Notes under the pieces: generated by a model
Seen by the model: the letters and a program-made list of their open reading frames with translations, nothing else
Database searches by the model: none
What the model was told of the DNA's origin: nothing
Position numbers and translations under genes: made by a program
Assembly: GCA_018005585.1 (NCBI GenBank)
Contig: JAGMZX010000010.1
Coordinates: 830-64,829 of the forward strand
Reading direction: 5' to 3'
DNA from: Candidatus Hydrogenedentota bacterium
GTDB taxonomy: Bacteria; Hydrogenedentota; Hydrogenedentia; Hydrogenedentales; JAGMZX01
Length of the DNA: 64,000 nt
In this document: piece by piece, positions 17,776 through 26,360 of the stretch
Position numbering within the stretch: the stretch's first letter is position 1
How the letters are laid out: each line of letters begins with the position of its first letter

Positions 17776-18684
17776 ATGGGAATGCGCTTGTCGCGCCGAG
17801 GCTTCATCGGGGCGTCTGCCGCCGCACTCGCGGCCGCAGGCGCCATTTCCGCGCAGGACGCGCCCGCGAGGCAGCCCGTGGTTTGCGTGTTTTCGAAACA
17901 CCTACAAGGCCTGTCGGCGTACGGTGCGCTTGCGGCGCAAGCGCGCGGCCTCGGTTTTGACGGAATCGACCTGACCGTGCGCGAGGGCGGCCATGTGCTG
18001 CCAGGGCGCGCCGCGGAGGACCTGCCGCGGGCGGTTGCGGCGATCCGCGCGGAGGGGCTTGAGGTCCCCATGATCACCACGCGGATTGCCGACGGAGACG
18101 ACCCGGACGCACGGCCCGTTCTGGAAGCGGCCGCGCGGGCGGGAATCCGGCATGTGCGCGTAGGGGGGCACAGGTATCCCTTCGCGGGAGACCCGATTGC
18201 GTTCCTGGACAGCCTGACGGCGAAACTGCGCTCGCTGGCCTCATTGCTGGAGGAATACGGCCTGGAGGCGGGCTACCACAACCACAGCGGCATGCTGAAC
18301 GTGGGCGCGCCCGTCTGGGACCTGCATTATCTGCTGGAGAGGGTGGGGTCGGAGCATCTGGGCTCGAATTTCGACCTGGGTCATGCCATGGTTGAGGGGT
18401 CCTACGGCGATTGGCAGGTCACGACGCGCCTCATCGCGCCTCGCACGAAGATGGTCTCCGTCAAGGATTTTCGCTGGGCAGGGAACAAGCCCGAATGGAC
18501 GCCCCTCGGCGACGGGATTGTGCCTATCACCGATATGCTTCGTCTCCTGCGCGCGGCGCGCTTCCGCGGCCCCGTCTCCATCCATTTCGAGTACGACCTT
18601 GGCGATGAAACGGCCGCCCTCGAACACATGCGCCGCGACGTGCAGACCCTGAAGTCCCACCTGAGCGAGGCGGGGTTCGCGTGA
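17776..18684 (+). CDS. sugar phosphate isomerase/epimerase (xylose-isomerase-like TIM barrel), Tat signal
   Basis: The N-terminus has the twin-arginine motif RRGFIGASAAALAAAGA. The AP-endonuclease-2/xylose-isomerase-like fold is indicated by (..GYHNHSG..FDLGHAMV..). Confidence 0.8.
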   Translation: MGMRLSRRGFIGASAAALAAAGAISAQDAPARQPVVCVFSKHLQGLSAYGALAAQARGLGFDGIDLTVREGGHVLPGRAAEDLPRAVAAIRAEGLEVPMITTRIADGDDPDARPVLEAAARAGIRHVRVGGHRYPFAGDPIAFLDSLTAKLRSLASLLEEYGLEAGYHNHSGMLNVGAPVWDLHYLLERVGSEHLGSNFDLGHAMVEGSYGDWQVTTRLIAPRTKMVSVKDFRWAGNKPEWTPLGDGIVPITDMLRLLRAARFRGPVSIHFEYDLGDETAALEHMRRDVQTLKSHLSEAGFA

Positions 18685-18751
18685 CGCCCATCGCGGGGCC
18701 CGGCCAAACGCCCGGGGCGCGACGGCAGAATCAGGAAAAGCAGGAAACATC

Positions 18752-19603
18752 ATGCGTATCTTGTGGGTGCATGCGGGCGGCGTCGGAGACTTCATCCTGT
18801 CTTGCCCCGCCCTCGAATGCCTCGCCGCCGAACACACGGTCGAGGTAGCAGGCCTGCTCGAACGGGCGAGCCTCGCCGTGGCCGGAGGTCTGGCGGCGCG
18901 GGCGCATTCGCTGGACGCGACCGGCTTCGGCAGCTTGTGGGGCACGGCGAGCGCCAGACTGCGGGGCTTTGTGTCCGGCTTTGACCGAGCCGTGGTCTGG
19001 ATGCGCGATGACGACGGCATGATCGCTTCGGGTCTCCGGGACTGCGGCGTGAAAGAGGCGACGTGCTTCCCCGGATTGCCGCCAGGCAATTGGCCGCGCC
19101 ATGCTTCCGAGTATTACCTCGAGCGCCTGGGGCACGCGCGCCACGCCCCCTTCCGGTTGCGGGTCCCTCCCGCGCCGGGCCAGGATGTGGTCATTCACCC
19201 GGGCAGCGGCAGCCCGAACAAGAACTGGCCACGGGAGCGGTTTCAACAACTCTCGGAAAGCCTGACCGCCCAAGGCCGGCGGGTGGCATGGTGCCTGGGA
19301 CCGGCGGAAGAAGCGCTCGCCCCGCCGGAGCAGTGTCCGTCTCTCCGCGGCCTCCCGCTCGTCGAATTGGCGCGTGTATTAGCGGGCGCGCGCCTGTATG
19401 TGGGCAACGACAGCGGCATCACGCATCTCGCCGCCGCGGCCGGCTGCCCCACTATCGCCATTTTCGGCCCGACCGACCCGAGAGTATGGGCGCCCCGCGG
19501 AGAACACGTGCGCGTTCTGCAGGGACCGCCGTGGCCCGACACAGAGGAAGTGCTTCAAGAGTCATCCGCGGTGTTGGCGGCAATTCCATTCATGGGCGCA
19601 TAA
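18752..19603 (+). CDS. glycosyltransferase family 9 (heptosyltransferase-like)
   Basis: GT9 motifs are present (..IHPGSGSPNKNWP.. and ..GNDSGITHLAAAAGCPTIAIFGPTDP..). Confidence 0.8.
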   Translation: MRILWVHAGGVGDFILSCPALECLAAEHTVEVAGLLERASLAVAGGLAARAHSLDATGFGSLWGTASARLRGFVSGFDRAVVWMRDDDGMIASGLRDCGVKEATCFPGLPPGNWPRHASEYYLERLGHARHAPFRLRVPPAPGQDVVIHPGSGSPNKNWPRERFQQLSESLTAQGRRVAWCLGPAEEALAPPEQCPSLRGLPLVELARVLAGARLYVGNDSGITHLAAAAGCPTIAIFGPTDPRVWAPRGEHVRVLQGPPWPDTEEVLQESSAVLAAIPFMGA

Positions 19604-19636
19604 GGGATGCCCATATGGTCGCGAGTCTCTTCGAGG

Positions 19637-20491
19637 TCAACTTCTAACCAGGTACCACCAGCAGGATGGCAGCCAGCACGCCTGCTGGTCTGGACGGGCA
19701 GATTCGATAATGGACACCATGTCGGCGCGCGACAGAAGACTCGCGTATTCGAGCGGCGTTCGCCCTTCGTCATCTTGAACATACAAGCAGGCGCCCTTTC
19801 TTATCTGCGCCCTTACCGCGGCGACATCATTGTTGAGTATCGACCTGAAAAGGCTGTGTCCCCTGGCTTTGTGTTTCAGCTCCCGTTGACTGTCCTCCAA
19901 CGACGGCTTCAGGTGCGCCTTGACCAAGGCTGTTCTCAGCAGACCGCACCTGGAGGATTCTGTGATTGCATGCTTCAGTATGTCCGGATACTGCATGATT
20001 TCTATGCCCAGAACGTAGATTAGTGATTCCACAAGCGAGGTGTTCTGCGTGCGGCGCGCCAGTTCAATACAAGTGTCAAGCCAATTATTGCGCGTTTCCC
20101 GGCGGCAAGGAACACGCCGGACGAGGTGATAGAAGACGAGGTCCGCGAAACGAACATGAGTCCGCGCAAACGAAAGCCATAGCGAAAGTATGCTGTCCCA
20201 ATCCAGCGCCTGCCCGCAGTGAATAGCCCCGGTGCGCACCGCGTCCGAGAAGCCTCGCGAGCGGCTATTCGAATTCGAGCGCTGCCGGCGGTCAATAGCC
20301 GCGATGCGCACCGCGTTGCACCATCGCCCGTGGGAAGTCAGTTCATGGAGGTCCATAGTCTCGAAGGCAGCCTGCAGGTCATTGATGCTTTCGACCGCGC
20401 TGCGAAATCGCGGCGCATAACAGCCGCAGAAAGGCGTGAAGCACCATCGTCTCTCTTCGGCCTCAGCAAGCACTTCAAGGAAGCTGTTACT
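19637..20491 (-). CDS. ankyrin-repeat protein with Cys-rich N-terminal region
   Basis: The C-terminus has an ankyrin repeat (LNNDVAAVRAQIRKGACLYVQDDEGRTPLEYASLLSRADMV). The N-terminus has Cys motifs (WCFTPFCGCY, WCNAV, HCGQA). GC content is visibly lower than the flanks. The start is set at MSNSF, where the track ORF extends to 20569. Confidence 0.6.
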   Translation of the reverse strand, partial: SNSFLEVLAEAEERRWCFTPFCGCYAPRFRSAVESINDLQAAFETMDLHELTSHGRWCNAVRIAAIDRRQRSNSNSRSRGFSDAVRTGAIHCGQALDWDSILSLWLSFARTHVRFADLVFYHLVRRVPCRRETRNNWLDTCIELARRTQNTSLVESLIYVLGIEIMQYPDILKHAITESSRCGLLRTALVKAHLKPSLEDSQRELKHKARGHSLFRSILNNDVAAVRAQIRKGACLYVQDDEGRTPLEYASLLSRADMVSIIESARPDQQACWLPSCWWYLVRS

Positions 20492-20704
20492 CATTTGGAA
20501 TGGCCCTCTTCCAACGAACCGGCCGTGCATCGCCAAGCCTGGTTGGACCTGAACGGTAACTCCAGGCACGGGGACGCCGTCCCTGCAGGTGAACCAGGTC
20601 TTATCTCTGGCTCCTTCACATTCACCGGCGTATTCGGGATGGTCCTTTCAATACAAGGCGCCCAAAACTATCCGATGGCATCTGTGTGCCTGCTCGTCGG
20701 CTCT

Positions 20705-23059
20705 TTACTCGCGGATAAGCTGTCGCAGCTTTTTCCACACAACCGCGGAAGGCATTCCGCCCTCGCGGATACGACGGACCAGGCGCTGCCAGTCCCGGCG
20801 GTGTCCCGCCGACACTTCGCGCCGACGCAGCACGGCGGCAAGAAGACCGTTCTGCTCCGCGTCAAGCGCGGTGGCATCTACCCGGCGCAGGAAGTCCAGC
20901 AGCCGGCGCACGTGCGCGGCGAAGGGGCCGCACTGCTCCGTGTTGCCTTCCTGGAGGAGCGCCATCAACAGCGCCAGGGACGCAGCCACGCGCGCCGCGG
21001 GCGAATCGCCCGGCATGCCGCCGTCCGGTTCAAGCAGGCCCGCTAACGCGACCATGTCGTCCATATGGGCCTGCGCATCTCCCCCGCTGTCGCGTTTGCT
21101 CTTCCTCACAAAGCCGCCACGGGGCGCGCTGACAGGTGCTGGCTCCGCGCACACTGCAAAAAACCCGCTATCTACTCTTTGAAATAGTACATCCTCCCTA
21201 TAGTCAGGACTACATAAAAGTAGGGGACTCGGCGCAAAATAAGACTCGAACTGAACGCCCTCCGGCATGCCGACGGGCACGACGCGCGTTTCCGGCATTT
21301 CGCCCGCCGCGTCGCCCGCGCGCGCGGCCACGGCCACAAGCGTCATGACGCGGCTGCTCAGTTCGTATTCGCGGCTGACCTGCTCGAGTGCCTCCCTCCA
21401 CGTGCCGTCAGGCGTCTCCCACGCGCTTTGAGCGCGAGTGATCAGGCGCGCGCCCTGCAGCTGCCGCAGGGTCTCGCCAAGCCCGTCCGCCTTTGCATCG
21501 ATGAGAATCCGGTGCGACCGTGTTTCCCGGGCATGGTTCCACGTCAAGACCAGCGCGCCGGGCCCGTCCGCCGCGCACGACCCGAACAAGAGCAGTGGAT
21601 TGTCCTGGAACACGACATCGCGCGGCTGCGGTTCGAGCACGGGTTCCTGTAGCCCTTCGAAAACGCAACGCAGTTCTCGTGCGACCGGCTGCGCCACGGA
21701 TGAAAAGAGGCGCAGCGTCTCCATGTCCACCCGTTCGCGCGGAGTGGCAAACCGGCTCACCCCGCCGGTCTCTTGCGCCAGCAGCGCGAGGAACCGGTCC
21801 TGGCTTGCGCTGCCGATGCCGAGGCAATGCAGCCGCGCGTTGCATCGCCTGACCCGCGCTATGATGTCCTCGGTCCCGAAGACCTGGCCGTCCGTAACGA
21901 GAAAGAGGTCGCCGCCCTGGTCTCCGAGGAGCAGCACCGCGGCGTCCAGACCCTGAGCCAGCTCCGTGCCGCCGCGCGCATGCACCGTATCCAGGAAGCG
22001 CGCTGCCGCATCGCGGTTTTCCATGGTCCCGTTGAGCAGCGACGGACGAAACTGCTCGCTCGTCGAGTCGAATGCGACGATGCCGAACGTGTCCTGCTCG
22101 GACAGGGCGCCGAGGCAGGCCTTGACGGCATTGCGCGCCTGCTGCATGGGCGCGCCGCTCATCGAACCGGAGCGGTCCAGCACGAACACGACGCGCCTGT
22201 GCGCTTCCAGGGGTTCGCCAAAAACCGTTGACGGAACCAGCACCGCGAAGCGGCCCCTGCCGCGCGCGTCCGTCCCGGCGTACGAGAGTACCGCGGCGGC
22301 GTCTCGCCGGGCCTCGAGGACCAAGTCCCGATTCGGCACATCGCCTTCGGTCGCCAGTTGCACGCGCACATCCCCGTCCCGGGTCAGGCACCGGATGGCG
22401 TGGGACGGCGAACTGACCTCGACGGCTGCGCCGCCGAGGCGGACGTCGAGGTCGAATCCGACGCGGTGCAGCGATGACGCATCCTGCTTCCAGACAGGCA
22501 ATACCAGGTCGTCAAACGGCGCATTGGGCAGTTCGAGTTCTCCCGTGGCAGTGTCGTCAAAGAAGGCGCGGGTCTGCGCGTGATAGGCGGGCGCAAGCGC
22601 GAAGGGAAACCGGAACCGCAGACCATCGTCGCGGGCTTCCACGCCCGCGAGCAGCTCGATCATGACCTGCACGTCTTCGCCCGGCTTCAGATTGCCCACC
22701 GTCAGATTCACGATGCCGTCGCGGTACGTGCGCGCCATGGTCGCAAGATGGCCCGCCTCGAGCCCGGCCTCGTACGCCTCCTGCGCTTCCGCCACGGGCC
22801 GCAGTTCCGAATGGACGTCAAAACCCGCGCCCACGACGCGAAACCGCTTCAGCGCGGCGTCGCGCGGCAGCATGAACGCATAGACCACCTCGAGCGGATG
22901 GTCTTCGGCCGAGCGGAAACCGTGGCGCACCACGAGGTGCGCGCCCACGGGCAGGATCGTGCCGGTCAGCCACAACTCCTGCATCGCCAGCCGGGCGTCC
23001 CGTCCGTCCGCCGCGCTGCATACGGAAAAAGAGCCCCCTTCAAGTGTTGTCGTACTCAT
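20705..23059 (-). CDS. VIT domain plus von Willebrand factor type A (vWA) domain protein
   Basis: 784 aa. An N-terminal VIT-like region is followed by a vWA domain with the MIDAS motif VLDRSGSMSG..GGTELAQGL. A C-terminal region of about 200 aa is unassigned. A GGGAG RBS precedes the ATG. The 5' end overlaps the MerR gene. Confidence 0.8.
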   Translation of the reverse strand: MSTTTLEGGSFSVCSAADGRDARLAMQELWLTGTILPVGAHLVVRHGFRSAEDHPLEVVYAFMLPRDAALKRFRVVGAGFDVHSELRPVAEAQEAYEAGLEAGHLATMARTYRDGIVNLTVGNLKPGEDVQVMIELLAGVEARDDGLRFRFPFALAPAYHAQTRAFFDDTATGELELPNAPFDDLVLPVWKQDASSLHRVGFDLDVRLGGAAVEVSSPSHAIRCLTRDGDVRVQLATEGDVPNRDLVLEARRDAAAVLSYAGTDARGRGRFAVLVPSTVFGEPLEAHRRVVFVLDRSGSMSGAPMQQARNAVKACLGALSEQDTFGIVAFDSTSEQFRPSLLNGTMENRDAAARFLDTVHARGGTELAQGLDAAVLLLGDQGGDLFLVTDGQVFGTEDIIARVRRCNARLHCLGIGSASQDRFLALLAQETGGVSRFATPRERVDMETLRLFSSVAQPVARELRCVFEGLQEPVLEPQPRDVVFQDNPLLLFGSCAADGPGALVLTWNHARETRSHRILIDAKADGLGETLRQLQGARLITRAQSAWETPDGTWREALEQVSREYELSSRVMTLVAVAARAGDAAGEMPETRVVPVGMPEGVQFESYFAPSPLLLCSPDYREDVLFQRVDSGFFAVCAEPAPVSAPRGGFVRKSKRDSGGDAQAHMDDMVALAGLLEPDGGMPGDSPAARVAASLALLMALLQEGNTEQCGPFAAHVRRLLDFLRRVDATALDAEQNGLLAAVLRRREVSAGHRRDWQRLVRRIREGGMPSAVVWKKLRQLIRE

Positions 23060-23462
23060 TCTGTGTCTCCCGTTCCTTTCTCAGATGTTCCGTCAAAGCG
23101 GCAATTCCCCGAATCACCCGCTTCATGCGCCATCCTTCAAGGTCACCGCGCACCTCGACTGTCACGTCCGGCGTCACTTGGAAGCGCCAAACCGGGACCG
23201 GCCGCGGCATCCGGCCTGGTTCAGGGTCCCCGGACTGGCGCAGCCGGATTTCCGCCAAGGTCAGACCCTCCGCCTGCAATTCCTGGATGCGCCGGATACC
23301 CGCAAGATGGTCCCGCGTGTACGCCGCCGCGCGCCCGGCCCGCACGGGGCCCGGCAAGACCCCTATTGCGATATACAAACGCACCGTCCGCGGCGAAACC
23401 CCGGCCGCGTCGGCGAGTTCTCCCAGTTTGAATTCCTTGGTCGAATCGGCACTCATGACCAC
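23040..23462 (-). CDS. MerR-family transcriptional regulator
   Basis: The N-terminal HTH reads KLGELADAAGVSPRTVRLYIAIGVL. It overlaps the start of the VIT-vWA gene by 20 nt on the same strand. Confidence 0.8.
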   Translation of the reverse strand: MVMSADSTKEFKLGELADAAGVSPRTVRLYIAIGVLPGPVRAGRAAAYTRDHLAGIRRIQELQAEGLTLAEIRLRQSGDPEPGRMPRPVPVWRFQVTPDVTVEVRGDLEGWRMKRVIRGIAALTEHLRKERETQNEYDNT

Positions 23463-23487
23463 CGTGACCTTCCTGTGTTACGCGTCC

Positions 23488-23516
23488 ATTATATCGCCAA
23501 TATTCGACAGTGTCAA
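23488..23516 (-). promoter_or_regulatory. consensus sigma-70 promoter (TTGACA-17-TATAAT) driving the MerR/VIT-vWA genes
   Basis: The minus strand reads TTGACActgtcgaatattggcgaTATAAT. The -10 element ends about 25 nt before the MerR start. It lies in an otherwise GC-rich intergenic region. Confidence 0.55.
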
Positions 23517-23638
23517 GTTTATGCAAAAAAAGATACGGGGGCGCCGCGCTTGTGGATGTGACGGTGGAGAAGACGAACGAGATGCATGCACGGGCGCGGC
23601 GCTCGCAGTGCCCGTGGATGTAACGCTTCTTCGTCTCT

Positions 23639-25093
23639 TTACTGGAGTTGGAGCTGGTTCAGGATTTCCGGGTCTTCTTCGTCCCAGGCGAGGACGGTAT
23701 GACAGAGTTCGCAGTCGCCGCTGATGGCCTGTCCGTCTTTCGATTCATGGGAGTCATCATGGCAACGGAAACAGCCCGGGAAGGGATCCTGGTGGCCGAG
23801 GTTGTTGGGATACGTGTTCCAGGTCACGTTCATTTCCGGGAATACGTTGCGGCCGTAAATGCCCTGCAATTCCCGGATCGCGGCTTCAATAGCATCGCCT
23901 TGCTGCGCGGCAACATCGGGATAGTCCTTGGCGTAGAAATCGCGCACATGGGCGGCAATCAGATCGAGGTCGCCCGCGGCGCCTTGGATAGACTCGAGGG
24001 CTTCGACGCCGACACGCTTGATATAGGGCAGCGAGGCATCGATCGCGCCCGCGGCCAAGGACTGATCCACGGCCTTGGCGGGCGCGTGGAAGACGTGCGT
24101 GGGCCGGTTGTGACAGTCGATGCAATCCATCGTTCGGAATTCGGCGCGCGCGATTTCGTCTTCCGGCATCTGCAGGTCCGAGGCGCGGAACTCCGTAACC
24201 GTTCCGTCCGTCCCGGTGACCCGGACGATGCCAATCTTCTGCCGTTGTTCGTCCAGGGGCAGGTAGGTGGTGGTCTTGGCCGGGTCGATATGCCAGCTGT
24301 GGATGCCATGGCCACCGCCGTGGCCGCCGCCGATGTGCATGAGCAATACCGAATGCACGAGGGAGTTCGTCTCGTCATCCATATACTTCGGCACGACCCG
24401 GATGCGGTCGCCCGCGAATTTTTCGGGCCAGTGGCATTCCTCGCAGGTTTCCTTGGACGGGCGCAGTTCGTGCACGGGGCTCGGAATGGGGCGCGAATAG
24501 GTATTCAACGTGACCGCGAAGACCTGGCGTACGCCGGAGAGTTTCGACTTGGCGAACCAGTCCGCGCCGGGGCCGATATGGCACTCGACACAGGCGACCT
24601 TGGAGTGAGGCGAGTTGAGATACGCCGTATACTCCGGCGCCATCACGGTGTGGCAGACGCGGCCGCAAAACTCGACCGACTCGGTATATACCACGCCCTT
24701 GTAGCTGATGATGCCGATGATGAGCATATTGACTACGGAGAGCAGCGCCACGACGACGGCGATGCTGCGCACCCGCGGATTGTTGAAGTCCAGGACGGGG
24801 AAAGGCAGCGGCGGACCTGCGGCGGTCTCCGGCGTCTGTTTGCGCAACCGGAACCGCTGCCACAACGCACCCGCCGGGACAATCAGCAATCCCAAGACAA
24901 AGAACCCGGGCAGGACCAGGAACGTCACAATGCCAAGGTAGGGCGAATCGACCCTTCCCAGGATGCCCAAAGCCATCGTCACGGCAATCAGGATCGTGCT
25001 AGCCGTTACCAGGGTCGCCCCCAGCATCGTGACCCAGTTGGCCGTGAAGATGGCGGCAAACCCGCTCAGGATTCGGAAGATCACGCTGAACAT
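23639..25093 (-). CDS. membrane-anchored six-heme c-type cytochrome, NapC/NirT/NrfH-superfamily-like (putative quinol dehydrogenase)
   Basis: There are six CxxCH motifs (CGRVCH, CVECH, CEECH, CIDCH, CFRCH, CELCH). There are N-terminal TM helices. A strong RBS GAAGGAGG lies 4 nt before ATG-TTC (MFSVIF). The track ORF extends to 25240 without support. Confidence 0.8.
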   Translation of the reverse strand: MFSVIFRILSGFAAIFTANWVTMLGATLVTASTILIAVTMALGILGRVDSPYLGIVTFLVLPGFFVLGLLIVPAGALWQRFRLRKQTPETAAGPPLPFPVLDFNNPRVRSIAVVVALLSVVNMLIIGIISYKGVVYTESVEFCGRVCHTVMAPEYTAYLNSPHSKVACVECHIGPGADWFAKSKLSGVRQVFAVTLNTYSRPIPSPVHELRPSKETCEECHWPEKFAGDRIRVVPKYMDDETNSLVHSVLLMHIGGGHGGGHGIHSWHIDPAKTTTYLPLDEQRQKIGIVRVTGTDGTVTEFRASDLQMPEDEIARAEFRTMDCIDCHNRPTHVFHAPAKAVDQSLAAGAIDASLPYIKRVGVEALESIQGAAGDLDLIAAHVRDFYAKDYPDVAAQQGDAIEAAIRELQGIYGRNVFPEMNVTWNTYPNNLGHQDPFPGCFRCHDDSHESKDGQAISGDCELCHTVLAWDEEDPEILNQLQLQ

Positions 25094-25424
25094 CAAGCCT
25101 CCTTCTTTGGGGCGCATGCTCCGCCAGGCGCCGACAATTCCGTGCATTATGCGGTATCGGGCAAGTCTACTGCACACGCCCGGCCATTGCATCCGGAAAA
25201 AGGACCACGTGCCGCGGGTTACTCCGGGAAAACTACCCACTATTCGGCATACTGCGATTGCGTCTCAGGAGAGTGTCCGGCAAGGACGCCACAAGAGCCG
25301 GGGGGACGTGCAGGAATTTTGGGTACTTGTTACGTGCTGCAGTGGCGCGTGTCTGCCCCGTGTTTTTCACGGATGTATTGGCAAAAACTAATGATGTATG
25401 CTTCCTTCACCTTAGCGAAGGCCG

Positions 25425-26276
25425 ATGGGGAGAGCTATTTTGGAAGTTCGTCGCATGCAACGCCGGAATTTGCCGGTTTCGTTTTCACCGCGCCGTCGCT
25501 CCCTTGTGTCCCTGGTTCGCGCATGGGGCGTCTGTCTCCTGGCGGCGGCTCTGTTCGGGCTAAGCGGCTGCCCCGGCAAACCTGGCGAGGTCGGGACACA
25601 GGTCTGTCTGCAGTGCCACAATGGCGTCCTGGCGCCGGACCGTTCCGAATTCCCGGAGAGCGCGCATGCCGTGGTCGCCTGTGAGACCTGCCACGGTCCG
25701 GGCTACCTGCACGTGCGTAACGGCGGCCGCGGGGGCCTGCTCATTCAGACGCCGGAAAACAGCGATGCCCAGTACGGTCTCTGCGGGCGCTGCCATGAGA
25801 CGGAGACGGCGGACCATCTGGAGAGCCGCCACGGTTCCAGCGGCGCGTTGAACTGCGCCGATTGCCATGACGTACACGGCGCGGCGCGCACGGCGCCCGC
25901 ATTCGCCAACAACAGTCTCTGCCTGACATGCCACCGGCACGCCGGTTTCGCGACGAACGCCGAAATCGAGGCCCACACCTTTCATTCGGTCGACCCCGCG
26001 GGGACTGGCGCCAGCCGCTGCTCGGGCTGCCATATGGTTCCGCTGCAGCGGTTCGACCAGGCGGAGGGCGTCTACAGCCATACGATGGTCCCTGTCCCGC
26101 CGGTCGCGTCCAACGAGGCGGCGGAGGCGGGTGTCACCCCGACGCCGCCAAACTCGTGTTCGGGCATCGAGGGGTGTCATGACGGGACCGTGCGGACGGC
26201 GCCGGTATTCGATGTGGACACTCCGGAGCATAATGAGTGGCTCCAGATTGTCTACGACGCACGATATGGGGAGTAA
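25425..26276 (+). CDS. six-heme c-type cytochrome lipoprotein (periplasmic)
   Basis: There are six CxxCH motifs (CLQCH, CETCH, CGRCH, CADCH, CLTCH, CSGCH). The signal peptide ends in the lipobox LSGC. The start is 25425 or the ATG at 25455. Confidence 0.8.
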   Translation: MGRAILEVRRMQRRNLPVSFSPRRRSLVSLVRAWGVCLLAAALFGLSGCPGKPGEVGTQVCLQCHNGVLAPDRSEFPESAHAVVACETCHGPGYLHVRNGGRGGLLIQTPENSDAQYGLCGRCHETETADHLESRHGSSGALNCADCHDVHGAARTAPAFANNSLCLTCHRHAGFATNAEIEAHTFHSVDPAGTGASRCSGCHMVPLQRFDQAEGVYSHTMVPVPPVASNEAAEAGVTPTPPNSCSGIEGCHDGTVRTAPVFDVDTPEHNEWLQIVYDARYGE

Positions 26277-26360
26277 GAGTCTGTGCGGAACCCGGGCCAT
26301 CCAGGAATACAGGACCGCAATGCGGACGCGAAAGGGCGTCCGCACCGGGGAGGAATCCTT

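Noticed and set aside
20219-21046. 275-aa plus-strand ORF spanning the ankyrin/VIT-vWA junction
   Set aside because: It is antisense to two well-supported genes, has no RBS and has a low-complexity translation.
25094-25424. Divergent promoter elements between the NapC-like gene and the cytochrome/porin operon (TTGGCA...TATGCT)
   Set aside because: The spacer is only 13 nt. No convincing -35/-10 pair could be defined by eye.
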